64,000 nt of DNA, taken from NCBI GenBank assembly GCA_051362555.1, contig CM120640.1, positions 47,904,788-47,968,787 on the forward strand, given 5' to 3'. The notes under the pieces are model-generated. The model made no database searches, was not told where the DNA came from, and worked only from the letters and a program-made list of their open reading frames with translations. Origin of the DNA: Lingula anatina. Lineage: Eukaryota > Animalia > Brachiopoda. Shown here piece by piece: positions 23,861 through 37,500 of this stretch. A program made the position numbers and the translations under genes. Within the stretch, counting starts at the first letter, position 1. The number at the start of each line of letters is the position of its first letter.

Positions 23861-24708
23861 CCAGGAAATGATCAGAAATACGTTGTCTCCATGCAACCGA
23901 GGCTCTTCTAAGCTGCATGAGGTACAATACGGAAATATTTGAAAGCAACTTCACATAGTGCTTCACTTGGGTCTTCAACAACTCTGGGCGTCCTTTGTAA
24001 TAGATATTTACAAAGAGTTCAAACAGAATTATCATAACACTTCTGGTCTCTTTACTGAAACATTTAAAACTGCAGGGCACCACGAAGTATCCTTTGTAGT
24101 GATAAGAAGTCTGAATTCCTCTGCCTTAGGTTAAATATTGTTTCAAAACATAGCATACGTGTGTATTCTAGCGCCGGGCCGTGATCAGACTAGGGCCAAA
24201 TGGTTCGAATTCAATTTGATCTAAGTGACGTTAGCCCTCTTTATTGTAATCAAACAGGTTCCCGCACAGCAAAACAAACACTGCATCAAACTTTGCAACA
24301 GTTTTCATGTCCGACTTGCAAAGAATGCTTCTTGGGTGCTGCCTCGTTTACAGCAAGAACTGCCAACGCTATTTAGACCGCTTATAAATCGAACCGTCAA
24401 ATCCTGGTTGAAACATGGTGTAAAGAGCATCTTGGAAAATCTGCTAAACAGGTGATTGTTCTAATTAAAAAGCCAAGGTATGGGGCCTGTAAGCCCATAT
24501 AACAGTGCCGAGTTTGTTCTGAAAACAAAATAAAGCCTTGTAGGCACGTGTGGAAATATGTTACTTTTGGGGTATCTTACATAGGATTCCTGCTATTACG
24601 AACGTCTTCAAATTAAAGTCCTCTTTGTTGTTTATTACTTGAACCATGTTAAGCAATATCCATATCCTTCAGTGCTTGCAAAAACTTTCTCTTTAATTAT
24701 CATTATTA

Positions 24709-24713
<5 letters not shown>

Positions 24714-24776
<63 letters not shown>
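24714..24776. repeat. (ATT)n microsatellite
   Basis: Direct read; source of the poly-Ile ORF artefact. Confidence 0.95.
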
Positions 24777-25899
24777 TTGTGGATTTCATTTAATTATTTT
24801 ATGGGGGGTCTAGAAATGTTTTTTACAGTATTTAATAATTTATTGCTGTCCTTTGATTAATAAACACATTAGAAAGTTGAATCGTAGTTGATGAGTATTA
24901 GTGTAAAATAGGCCTGGCTCGTATAAAACACACATGTAAGATCATGCCATACAGGTATACATTTATAATGCAAGTGCAGTATTTTCGTAATGCTACAATC
25001 TGGAATTAAGAAAAAGCTCATAGGTTATCGAAAATGAGAAAATACAATGACAGAAATTCAAGTCCGATGTTTTGAACAGATTACAACATTCCGGACACGT
25101 CCACTGACGGTCTCCAACAACATACAAGAGGCGGGAACTTAGACTAGAAACGAAGCTTGTTTTAAGGAAGGAACCGATCCGGGATTTTTGTGCCAAACCT
25201 GCTTTTTCTCGAGAAAAAAAGCACGAATCCTTGCTCGACTTTGTCTGGATCCGCACAAATTTAGCAATGAATATAAAAATTCCTGTCCCTGCACTTGTAT
25301 TGGAGTTTTTGTACCACCATGTTTGCCTGACATATTAGAAGGAAATACCGATGCCATGTGCTTTTATTCGAGGGCTTTATCATTTTAAAGGTCTGGATTA
25401 GGAAAGAAATTTAGCTACGCGGGGACTTAAGACATAGAAAATATAACATTGGAACATTCTCAAACACGTGCTATAAACTCCTGACTTTAAAAACCTCGAC
25501 GCATTTACCCTCCAATGCAGCAGGTTAATCGAAACCACTTTGTCGAAGCACTGACCAAATGAAGATTGTCAAAGACCAATAGGCCATTTTACTAAATCAA
25601 AATCTCTAAACTTAATTCTCAATTCAATCACTCCTGCCCGTGAGACTTCGGTTGCATAATGGGCCAAGAGCAATTACATAACAAAGCTATTAAATATTCA
25701 AGTCCGAAGTAAACGAAGACGCATGTGGAAGCTTAAAAGCCGTCAACTAATTTATAATTAAGTTTACAATTTGGCCAACATCTAAGAAGTAGGATACAAA
25801 GTAGGCGTACCTGACAGTTTTCAGTGTTTTCGATAGCGGCCGCCATAACTCACGAAGTCTGTAGCCAGCAATTTCAAAGAGGGGCCCTTTATTACGAAA

Positions 25900-26115
25900 A
25901 AACTTTATGCACCTTATTTGATCCAATTTGAGAAATGGCGTAGAACCTAGATCAATTTGATTCAGAGCAGACCTTTTCTGACCAAAAAATTTTTTTTCTG
26001 AACCCCTGAACCCCCTGTCAACGGGTGTGCTCAGTCTGAGTCAAACTAAATCGAAAGACGGGCGGACAGTCAGACAGTTGGACGGTCAGACTAATGCTTT
26101 CATATAAAGTATGAA
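25900..26115 (+). mobile_element. Probable Helentron-associated element (HINE-like) 3' relic
   Basis: Degenerate gacg/gaca tract (gacgggcggacagtcagacagttggacggtcagac) followed by gctttcatataaagt; pattern recognition only. Confidence 0.35.
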
Positions 26116-29100
26116 ATATGTAAAATGCCACCTCAGAAAAAAACATGGGCTCAACCATGAACAATGAGTTAATTCTAAAATGCAGAGAATAGCGTAGTTT
26201 CACTAGAACCACTGAGAATATGTCCCGATGAGGGAAAACGGTTCCATTTTTAGTTTATATAATACATGCAATTACTGCAATGCGTTAGCACAAGGTGTCC
26301 ATTTCCCCGATTTCATTTCACAACGTAATAACCACACACTGCAGCTTTGCGTTAACAGGCAATTTAGCATTTCGTATAATGCTTGGAATTAGGTCTTGAT
26401 GTGGCTGTTACGTAATGTAATGAGCCATGTATTTGCCTGATCAATTCCATTAGAATTACCCTCTCATTAGCCTTTTATCAGGTAAGTATCGAAATAGACC
26501 ACGTTAAAAACACGTTAAAAACTAAACAACGGGGTTAAACAGATAAAGTTGCTGAGAAAATTGCAGTGAAATCAAGCCATGCCTTGTTTTCGCATGGGAA
26601 CCGAATTCTCATCTCTCGTACGCCTTTTCTTATTGATTCAACGATCCTTCAGTTGCGTCATGTAACTCACCGGAGATACCTATGTGCCCTTTGGGGTTTT
26701 GGATGTAAAATTGCTTTCGTAAGGCAGATACTAGTCTCGTTGAAAATGTTTTTGGACTCAGTGATTGAACAATCTGCGTTGAAAAATGTTACGGAACATT
26801 GTAATCATCGACTTGATGCATGATGGATGATTGGTAGTATGCACATCGTGGGCTGCCACATCGCCCCCGGATTATGTAATGAACAGGAGTGGAGAAAAAG
26901 CTTTTTCTGAAAACAATCCTGTTATTAAGAATGTGTACTTGATACATATTTTTTCTTGATTACCGTAGAAAACAGCTAAATAATATGAAGTAATAATTCA
27001 GGCTATTTACCAATGATTTTTTCAAATTATTCAATCATCTAATAAAATGTTGGTAGATTTGAAGGTATCTTAGACCCAGGTTATGATTCCTACTTTGCCA
27101 TAGTATTTCAGAATTATCATATTGAAGCTCGTTTTTAGTGGTATTGCATGCAATAACAGGATATCAACTTTAATGAAATAAGTAAGTCATAAACGTCGTG
27201 CCACATCTGCAACAAAAGAAAAAAAAGCCATCGTTGTTAAGTGCGCTATTTATGTATAATTTTTTGTGCGGGGTTGTTTTAATGTCAGCGCGAAAAAAAA
27301 ACTAGTGTGATGTTGTTTGCATCCGTTAATTGTTATGGAAATTAGCATTATAGTACTTGATGCGAACTTTTTTGATCATTCAAGACCCAAAAGGTTAGCT
27401 AAGATCTTGAATTTCAGATTGTCACCTTTGAACGGTGGTGCAACTGCTATGAGTTCAAATATTACAATTAGTTTCAGTTCTCAGAAATCTCCAGGTTTTC
27501 ATTAGTAGCACAGCTATGGTTAAGCTTCAAGATGAAATAGAAATAGAATATATGGTACACGGATAATCCGGATTTTTACCGTTATGACGGCGCAAAGCAG
27601 CACGACATGTAACGTCATGTCGATTTCGGGGCTCAGAATTTCGCGTCTATGAGGCCGAGCAAAGTGCAAATTGACATGGTGCACGTCGCACGTTGCATTT
27701 CGCATGTTGAGGGCCATCTGAAAGACGCACGCACAGGCTCCAATGGGCAATGGTACTGCAATCGTTTAGGACAAAATGAAGACGTAAAAGACATCGAATA
27801 CAGGACATAGAGACAGACTGTCCCTTACCTAGACCACAAGTTGTACGTCAATAACTACCCTCATACAGAATATGACACGTTGAACGCAACCAATCACACT
27901 CGGTCTAAAGCAGTAGTCGATTTCTTTGCGATGTGGTGTTGACTTTGCAAAATAGCCAAAATAGTGTGTTAAAGTCTACAACATTATTTTATGTCAAGAA
28001 AAAAATCTGAATTCAAACATAAAATATTAATTTAAACATAAAGTTAAAAAATCTAAAAAAATTATTGAGGGGTACGTATAGGAGTCACAAGGTACTTGTC
28101 TCCCACCTTTAGTATAGATACATTTTATTTCCAAGGAGCAAAAAAATGGGACGTTTTCTCTCTGACACCCATGCCCTTTCTCGTAAGAAAAAACTTTGAT
28201 ACGTCGGTGAATTACAATGTACTTATTGCAGTAGAGTTGACAGAGATTGTGGTAGCCGGTCCTTCTGAAAGCACTCAGACCTGAAATAACAATGCGCAGT
28301 CCAGATACTCAACATTTGTTGCATATTATCATAACTTGCAATTCCCTCATAATTCATATTTGACCAATAAGTTATCCAAACTAGAATAAACTTGGTAGAT
28401 GGTTTGCAGCAGTGTTTGTACTGTTAATCATGGATTCCATATGGAGCTGTAGAAGGCCAATGGAAGCTGCCACAGCGTTGAGCATACACTGTAATCAATG
28501 CCAACAAGAAACTATTGGAAATAAACACAACTCAGGTTGGATCAAATTAACAGATACATGTTCATTATCTATGCGTATTTAATGGTTTATTTTCTATCCG
28601 GTAAAGCCAATAATTGATTTTCATAAGGCATCATCGTTGAATATTTACAATTTTCTATATTTTGAAACAGCCTGAGAAGTAATAAAGTATTTTGGTTCCT
28701 TTGTATTTAAGAATTTGATGGCATACTCTGCATAATGAGTTAAACGTTGGAAGAAAAGTGGAATAGATTATATTAGTTTTTGTTCATGTACGTCGTATCC
28801 ATAAGTCTATTTTTTTCTTTTCTTTTCTTTTTAGTTTATTTAACGATATATTGACAGGTATATCTAAACTTTCAAAGTCATAAATGATCAAATTTCCTCT
28901 GACCTACAGTAAAGCATTTTCCCTCCCTAAACCAAGCCTTCTCACTTCTATTTATTTACCTGTACAGGGGAGCATTTTTTTCTGCTTGATTTGGGAAATG
29001 ACCAACAATTGTTCACGTTTCTTTTGAACACGGGCGAGCTTCTATTTTTTCTACCTCTTGAACATTTCCTTAGGAGCAAGAAAAATGGCAGGAAACATGG

Positions 29101-32100
29101 CTTTTATTATCAGACAGCAGTCCGAGGCAGACAAAAGTTGAGGAACAGGGTTTTCACAGGCCGTAATAATTATTTTGATTGGTGAAAGTGGCGAAAAGAC
29201 ATTTGTCGTAGATTTGGCGGATATTTTACAAATTTGCAATTGTTAACAGAGCTCTGACGTACACGTAACGGTGGTGGCTGCTGCAGTTTTTTCCACCCTC
29301 ACGCTGTTACTAAACATTATTTCTGGACTGTGAAGCCTTGTTAGCCAATCGGGTCTCTTTTGAACATTGCGGCCAACTGAAACTTGATCTGTTTTCTTAG
29401 CGCTCTCAGCATTTTGAACGTTTGCTGGAGTGTATCGTCACTAGAACGCAAACTTAGACGCTGCTGAGAGTAGGGTGATATTAATTATAATTAATCAAGC
29501 TCAACCGGGCGCTGCTTACTCCAACATGCTTCTGAAACATTAAAAGAGCAACTAGAGGGGTTCATTTTCCGAAAATGCCAGGTTTTCAAAATATTGCTCT
29601 TACAACAACTCTGTTTATACGCCGGCAGGAGCAGACGAACAGCCCTTCGAAATGGATGGCTTGCATTATATCAAAGACCGAAACCATATTTTTCAATCAG
29701 GAAAACAAATAGAGGTGGATGGTGAAAATTCTATCATGCATAGGGACACGCGTTGGGAGAGAGTTTGACTGTTTTGTTTCTGTGCTGAATTACCAAGTGT
29801 TACAGTTCAAGGGGTTACCAACACGGCCCCCGAATAAGCCAGAGAAAATCACCCATAATTTAGTAACTGGACTAGATCAAGAGCATATGAAGAATACGAT
29901 GTTACAAAAACAATTATCGAATAAACCAATAAACTTAGATATGAATTCATCATGGAAATTAATCATATCGGGATCATAAGTAATGAGATTTAATTACTTT
30001 CTGTTAGGTAAACAACTTGGCTAAACTTAATGCTTTTTATAGTGGGTCGGTCTGCTCACCATACCGAGAAGAGAATTAAGACGTTTTCGGACGTAAATAG
30101 TAGTACCGTCTTTTGTATTTCAGACATTTATACGAAGTGTTTTGATACTTTAATTGAAGTGAATGCGTGGTTCAAATCGCAACTGACCCGAGCATCAAGT
30201 TGAGGGGAACATTATCTGATTAAATTGAAAGGGGGTGGGGGCCACTGGGGAAGCAACAGTGTCCGATATACTGTGCTCGGCATGGGTGCATGTCTAAAAG
30301 ATTTTAGGGAAACCAAAAGGCGTAGAAACCATGGATCCCGGTAAATAACCCATATTAAAAAAATCAATCCAAATCCATGTAAATACGAACTGAACGATTG
30401 TTCAAGCATGTATTATTCGAAAGTGTTTCAAATGAAAGCAATGACACGTTAAAATGATTTACAATAGATATAACTGGCTGCTTTTAAACAATTTTACGAT
30501 TATCAAAAATTCGATTTGTAAAAATCTTTTCATCTCACATTCCTTTCAATCACTCAATTTATGATCTGTTGAAGGTCGTAGGTACAACATCCTGTATTGA
30601 CCACTGATTTTTTTCTCATTCACATGTGTATATTTCTATTTTCATTGTTGTTTTCTGCGTGTTTTCTCACATGGCATACTTTTACATGGGAGACCACATT
30701 TATAAAAGATGCCGCAAACGGGTTATCATCCAAAGAAAACAAAGCTGTTTAGGTAATGTTTTGGACACAGACCGAAATTTGTTTGAAGTGTACTTGCAGA
30801 ATTTTACTTTTGAAAACCACAGCATATGTTGCATATGAGTCGTAAGAGTAATCGCCCTTAAGTAAAGGAATAAATCAAACCGCTAATTCAATCCACGGTG
30901 TATGCTTAGCCACCTCTAACCAACAAGCTCGTTGCAATTTTTTCACGGTTGTGAAAATTGAATTTATGGAATGATACATAAAAGCCACAATTCTCACTGA
31001 AGTGATCTGATAAATTAAACCTTTTTCACAGTATCTGACTGGGAAATAACTGCAGTGTGCCCCGAAAAATAACTAACTTATACCGGGCATGTTTCGCCAA
31101 TCTTCGCATTACATCGTTCATTACTTTGAATGAGACGAAAGTGATTCAGATCTACAGTACGTGCCAGTAAATTGATAAATAGCTTGCATGCTCTCTACCA
31201 TTAAAGCACACAATATTGTGCAATATCGGGTAAGACAATGTCAGAAGGAGCAATGTAGCACCAACCTTGGATACGTAATAAAGGTCTGGTAGCCTACTAG
31301 TAAGAATTAAAGTCTGTATGTGATTAAACGCACTGATGTATATCATGTCTACAGTGGTGGAAATTGGAAAAGCAACAAAAAATGTAAAATTGAGAAGCCT
31401 AAAAGATATGTTATCACTTCACGTAGCACTTATGCAACTCCGCCAAAGGCACAACCGGAATCATTAGTAATAGTATTCTTTGCTGACAACTTTCTTTTTT
31501 GCAAGGCAATTTCCTTAAGGGAACATAGATATATTTTTTAAATAACCCATGATACCATCTAACGTCACAGGGACAAGAATTGACGATTATTAAGTGCTCA
31601 ATGATTTAGATTACTCAGAGAAAAGTTGCTTTCGTCAAGAAACTAAAGATTACAATTTGGCATTTTTTTTTCAAACATATTACTTGTGGTACACAACACA
31701 ACTAATTGATCGGTTAATGTTTTTGATATTTCTTATCTTATCTTTTTTTCTGGACCGTGGCGATCAGTGCCAGGGGGCAAGCTTCCGAATAGGAACAAGA
31801 CCACCTGAATGGGTGGGGCGACACTACACAGGGAAGGCAATGGAAACGTTACGTACACAAATGTATACCATACAACTCTGAAATAAGATTAAATGTGGTG
31901 CACCATCAATATGTACCCTCTACCAGGACCAGGGGATTCTTTTCACTTTATATTCACAGATATGCTAATTCATGACATTTTTGTACAGTGATCCTGTGAC
32001 TAAATGCAAGAGATTATTACAGGAGAGAATCTTGGTATGGAATAAATGTCAACACTCAGTTGGCCTGTTGTATAACTTAAGCGATAAGAAACATTTAAAC

Positions 32101-32394
32101 CCCAAAGAACAATATAAGATACCTTGGGAACACGTACTGACATTTCTTTTACACATTGCCCAAGAAATTTTGATGAGCACAAAACATAACTTTGCAAATG
32201 ACAGTGACTCGTCAGACGTTGAAATATGAAAAAATGTTGTTTACTTATTTATTTGCTGTCTTATCTATAGTTTAACTATCTAGTTTTTATTGATTTTACT
32301 CCTTTTGCATAAAGAAACGGACTATATAGAAAATATTATTTCTTTATATTCTAGTAAAACCATGGTAATATATCGTGTTATATTTTCATGGTAA

Positions 32395-32680
32395 TACTAG
32401 TTAAAAACTTCTTGCAATTTTATAAAGTAACAGTATATAACCAGTAATGCGTCGAGGTCCTCGTCATGCATCAAATGTGGTTTCATTATAACAACCAATT
32501 TCTGAGAACCAATTATTGTCAATTTCATGGTATAAAAACAACAATTTATGTATCAGATTTACGGAGTTCTTTTCAAAGCAAGGATTATATCTAATTTCCG
32601 CTAAAAATAGAAAGCAAGACAAACACAAACAAATTGATTGCAGACTTTAATGTAGGTCCCACTAGCCGGGAAGACTTTAC
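32395..32680 (+). mobile_element. Probable Helentron-associated element relic
   Basis: Starts at actag; ends with gacaaacacaaacaaa microsatellite and imperfect terminal hairpin gtcccactagccgggaagac. Confidence 0.3.
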
Positions 32681-34490
32681 GTCAGTTTATATTGGATACT
32701 GTATTTGTTGTATACGTTTTATGCCAAAAAGACCTGTTATATTGCGCAAGAACAATGCATCAGGTGATTTGCACTAACCACACCTTATCATTTCAACTCA
32801 AACTCTAGATGGTACGAACGTCACGATATGGAAAATCATTAAGTGCATGTCTTAAGTTAGCATTTGCATTTCAAAAGGGGCAAACGGATTTTTCTTTCTC
32901 AAAACAGTTCAACTGAATGAAACTATACATGTCTTCAGAATATGTCTTCAATATCAATAAACATCTTCAGTTTCACGATTAAGGGTTATAGGAAGACATC
33001 ACTCTGTTACTTTGTCACATAAGTTTTAGTCATTCGAATAAAGAGAAATAGAATATGTTTAAACTAACAGATCGACTGACAAAATCATCACAAAGCTAGT
33101 GGAACATAGGTGCAAGAAATTGGCTACTGGTGTTGCAAAAGCCGATGAACGTCAAAAATTTTTTTTCTATCAAGAACACGGACATGGAGCGTCTTGCGTA
33201 GTTTCGAGAAAAGATAAGGCATTCAAAATCACCTGCGTTAATAAATTTGAAAGTTGTCGTTAAGATATATTTTAAGGCAAAATCCTTTATAATTTGCACA
33301 TTAAATGTTAAATCAAACAAAACTTTTTGTTTGCGACCATACATGTATAAGTGTGGCAAAGAGCGATCTTACTTGACTTTGGTTTCGTGAGGTGATACCT
33401 TTCTTGAATAAGATCATACTTCTTTTGCATAAATATTTTTATATACTCGTAAAATCCAAATGAAAAATATGCCTCTGTTCTAAATCTAATCTTTATTGAC
33501 TCAAAGAAAGATTTTTTTCATTAGACTTGAATCAGTCTGAGACCAAGACGGATTGAGAACAGGACTGTTTCGTTACGTCACACCACACCTTTTAGCTACA
33601 CCACTTTAAGTGTTTAAACGAAGAAAAATTTTTCAGTATGGATTTTCCAGTTGACAAATGAAAATCCGTGACACAAGATATATGAGAAGAAAATATCACA
33701 CTGTTTATTTATTTGTTCATCTTGAGATACTGTCTTCAGTACATTGAGACACATTTATTTTTTTTTTTCTTTTCGTTAGACAGGGGGATTTGTTCCGCCA
33801 TTTTGTTTTTGAAAAAGGAGGGGTGCATAGGTCTGTATCTTAGTGCATAGATCGGTTCCTTTCATAAGAATGCATTTCATGTTGGTAAAACAATAAAGCT
33901 GAGGCCGCAGCAAACGCTCACAATCGTTGACTTTGGCACCCGTTTCAAAGGTGCGCCTCGTGTGAAATATTCCTTCCTACCTGATTCGTGCCATTTGGTG
34001 CGCGGGGGTCATCGTAGCAACAAGCGTTTTGGTCACATAAGTATATAGAAAAGAAAAAGAAAAGAAAATGGCCACTCCTCATCAAGAAACTTTTTTTATT
34101 TCTGTAGAATATTTTTTCTATATTTTCTTTACATGAGCTTTGTTATCTATAATAGCTAAAATATTTATGTGATATAAATGTCACTTTACAAAGCTGTGTT
34201 ACATGTGTTATGTTACGAGTACGTGTCATTTGGTGCATAGAGTTCATCTTATTCTAGTTAGGTGCATGGATAGCTTGTCTCCCTGATACTCTTGGGCTGA
34301 TTCCTTATTAAAATGATTATAAAATAGGCTTATTATTTAAAAGCATTGCGTTTGTCTTAAATTTTGATCCATCTTAAAATTACAAATATCTGACAAAACA
34401 AAATATCTAAGATTATGTAGGTAATAAACATATTTCTTGTATCTTAAAGATGGTTTATCATAAACTACAGAGATCTCTTTTTTATGATTG

Positions 34491-34523
34491 CCCCCCCCCC
34501 CCCCACCCCCCCCCCCCCCCACC
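34491..34523. repeat. Poly-C run (G-quadruplex-capable on the minus strand)
   Basis: C14-A-C15-A-CC. Confidence 0.9.
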
Positions 34524-37500
34524 AAAATATATGGCACTAGTATGTGTGGGATGTACAACAGTTTATCTTTATCACTTCACAGTGGACAACGGTCGAGGCA
34601 GTTTGATGCCAATTAATTCTTCAATAAATCCTCAATTTAATAAATCCCTGATTTAATAATTCCCCGATTTAATAAATCATTGATTATTGAATTTCTTCTG
34701 TTTTTGATAGGTTTGCTTAAAATCCCAAACTGCGATTGTGTAGCTTGAAATGACGTGGCCATTGTATGTAGTTGCGTGCTTTGGCCAACTCGAACAATGA
34801 TTCTACACTCTCTCTCTTTTTTCATGTGTAGAATATCTTTTTAAAATAAAACACTATTAACCTTGAAAGATGAAAGAGATGTGTAAGTCTTATCTTGCGC
34901 ATCATCGTTTTCTTACAAATCTGTACCTGTCATAAGTCGCCACTATTGATTTCGGTACCTTGACGTGCTAGGGGCTTTTAATCAAAGCAGTGCTATTTTT
35001 TACTTTTGAAACCACATGTAATTTTGAAACTCTGTTCCATTGTTTAGTTTAATCGCTTCGGTATGGTTCCACGACTTGAAAAAAAAAGAATCGTGGCATT
35101 TCTACAAGCTTCAACATTGGGAATTGAAAAGCTATAATTCACATACAACAAGTTAACATATACCGTTTTTTGTTTTTTTTTTAATTTCACTAGATTTCCC
35201 ATAGTTAAAAGGTTGTGCTAATTAATAATCAAAATACTATTTTACTCTTCCTGTTACATGCGGTTAAGGATATTGAAATTCGTTCAATAGACCAACTGCT
35301 TTGACATCAAGAGTCTTAGATTGAGACACATATTACACTGCGCCTCACAAAATGAATGCAAGGCTTATTGAAAATAACGGCAAAGTTGTGCCCAGCGCAC
35401 ATCTTATCAAGAAATGTACGAATAGATGACATCAATCCCTCGTCTTGATTCTTGAAGGAAAATTGGCCCCTCCTCAATTCTTTTTATGCATCAACAGTTA
35501 TCAAAGCAGTAATATTATTTGTCATCGTGGAAAAAATTGTTGACATAGATGGGCAACAGTACTGTTACGATTATTGCCTCCGAATGTGTGGCGCCAATTT
35601 TAGTGGTTCCCATATGAGTTTATGTAAGGCAAAACATTCGCATCCATTTGTGCTTTTCTCACTTTTTTATTAGTTTTAAGGAAGGGTATTAACTTTAATT
35701 TTCTGGTCTATCTTTTCTTAATTGGTTTTTGCTTATTGTCAATGCTCTTAACTTTGATTATACAACAAACACTTAAATATTTTCGTTTACAAAGAGTTAA
35801 AGAATTTACTATACCTGTTATCGTGTCATTAACGATTGCATAGACATAGAAATTAGTCAGATGAATTGCGTAAATGTTAGAGGTTTTTCATTATGTTTTG
35901 GATTGTAGAATTATAAGAACCAGTGCCTGCTGTATCAATACAAAAGTTTTGACTCTTAATTTTATGGAAAAAACACTTTTAAATGAAATCCAATAGTTAA
36001 AGTTCCTCTTTTTATGCATGGAGCGAAAAGGTAAAAAATTTAATATTGTAGTCATAAGTTTTATGTTTTTGTAGATAATAGTTTGCAGATTTGAGTTAAT
36101 TAGTCTTATTTAATGAAACATTCTGCCAGTCAGAAGAATGACGTTATTTCAGCATTAAAAATTCAAACTTTCTATCCTAGGAAACATTGGCCCTATCAAA
36201 TTAAAGCCTAATCAAATTAAATCATGAATTTGTTAAGGCTACTGTTGTAAAACTACTCATGTAATTGCTGTTACTGTTACTTTCTTCGGTATTTCTCATT
36301 AATTTATTTCTATTTTTCATTTTTATTATTATCATATTTTGTATTTTAAGCTACTGCATTAATGGATCATTTTAAATTTCGATTTTAAATTTATTAGAAG
36401 TCTTTTTTGACGATTTAAAGGAAATATCAGCAATCAGCATTTGATGATGCAAAAAAAAAAAAAAAATGAAAACCACAAAATATATATATGTTTATTTTCA
36501 CAATATAGACATCCAGTGATTTCAGCACAATTGACAGTTACATCAGAATGTCTTTTTATAGACTAACCCAGTCGAAACCTACGGAAAGAATCATCGCGTG
36601 GACCACCCTTCATTACTGCTTTTATAAACAAAAACGCCCTTTAGCCCGGATAATTAATGGTTTAGAAAAACTGACTTCGTTCATTTAATACTGAGTATCT
36701 CTCCTTAGTATTTTCAGAACCTTTCGCTGCCACCTTTAACAAACCTAATGATGGCAGTTATGACTGTATCTAGGGCCAGGTATATATTTAAGTTCTGTTT
36801 GTTGTGATATTTTTATAACGGAGTGGATAACAGATAAGATACAACCCAGACCATTGCAAAGTCTTATCTTCCTTTTTTTGTTTATGTGCTGTCTATAAGG
36901 GACTGATTATTAACCGATCATTTAGACTGGGTGTGTTTTTTTCACAAATTAGAGAGTAGTAATACATGATTGTGTCCAATTTTGAAGAATCATTTATTTA
37001 CACTCTTATAACTCAAAGGTAGACCCTTCTGCTCTTGACATAAGAATTAAACTAATAACTGTTTTATTTTGTTGTCAGACACTTGACATCAAGTCGGAAA
37101 AAATGAGGAATACCAGCCGTGATGCAAAAATAAGCATATGATGGCAAGCAATGGTCATTTAGTGTGTATTTCTAAACAAATATCCCCGATGTGGTTTATG
37201 TTTAGTGAAAGGGATTGCAATGCCCTTACACAAGTGTCTACATTGCTAAGTGGGTATTCTACGTTATGTTGACTATATGACGTAGGCGTAATTTATGACG
37301 AAACAGCTTTTCATAGGACAAGCATCTCAGTTGCCTATCACCAAAATAATGCATTAAAAAAAATATCATAATCAGAGTCATAGTTTTTTTTATCATATTT
37401 TCATCCATACTATGTTATATTTTTCTAAAGAATTAAATTTTGATCCGGAAAGACCAGTAATTCTGAAGTGTAATTTTATACATATTTGTGCAGTTATTTG

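Noticed and set aside
24639-24860. Poly-Ile membrane-like ORF
   Set aside because: Translation of an (ATT)n microsatellite.
33820-34270. Repeated GGTGCATAG/GGTGCGC motifs
   Set aside because: Irregular spacing, no termini identified; probably TE debris and not supportable as a feature.
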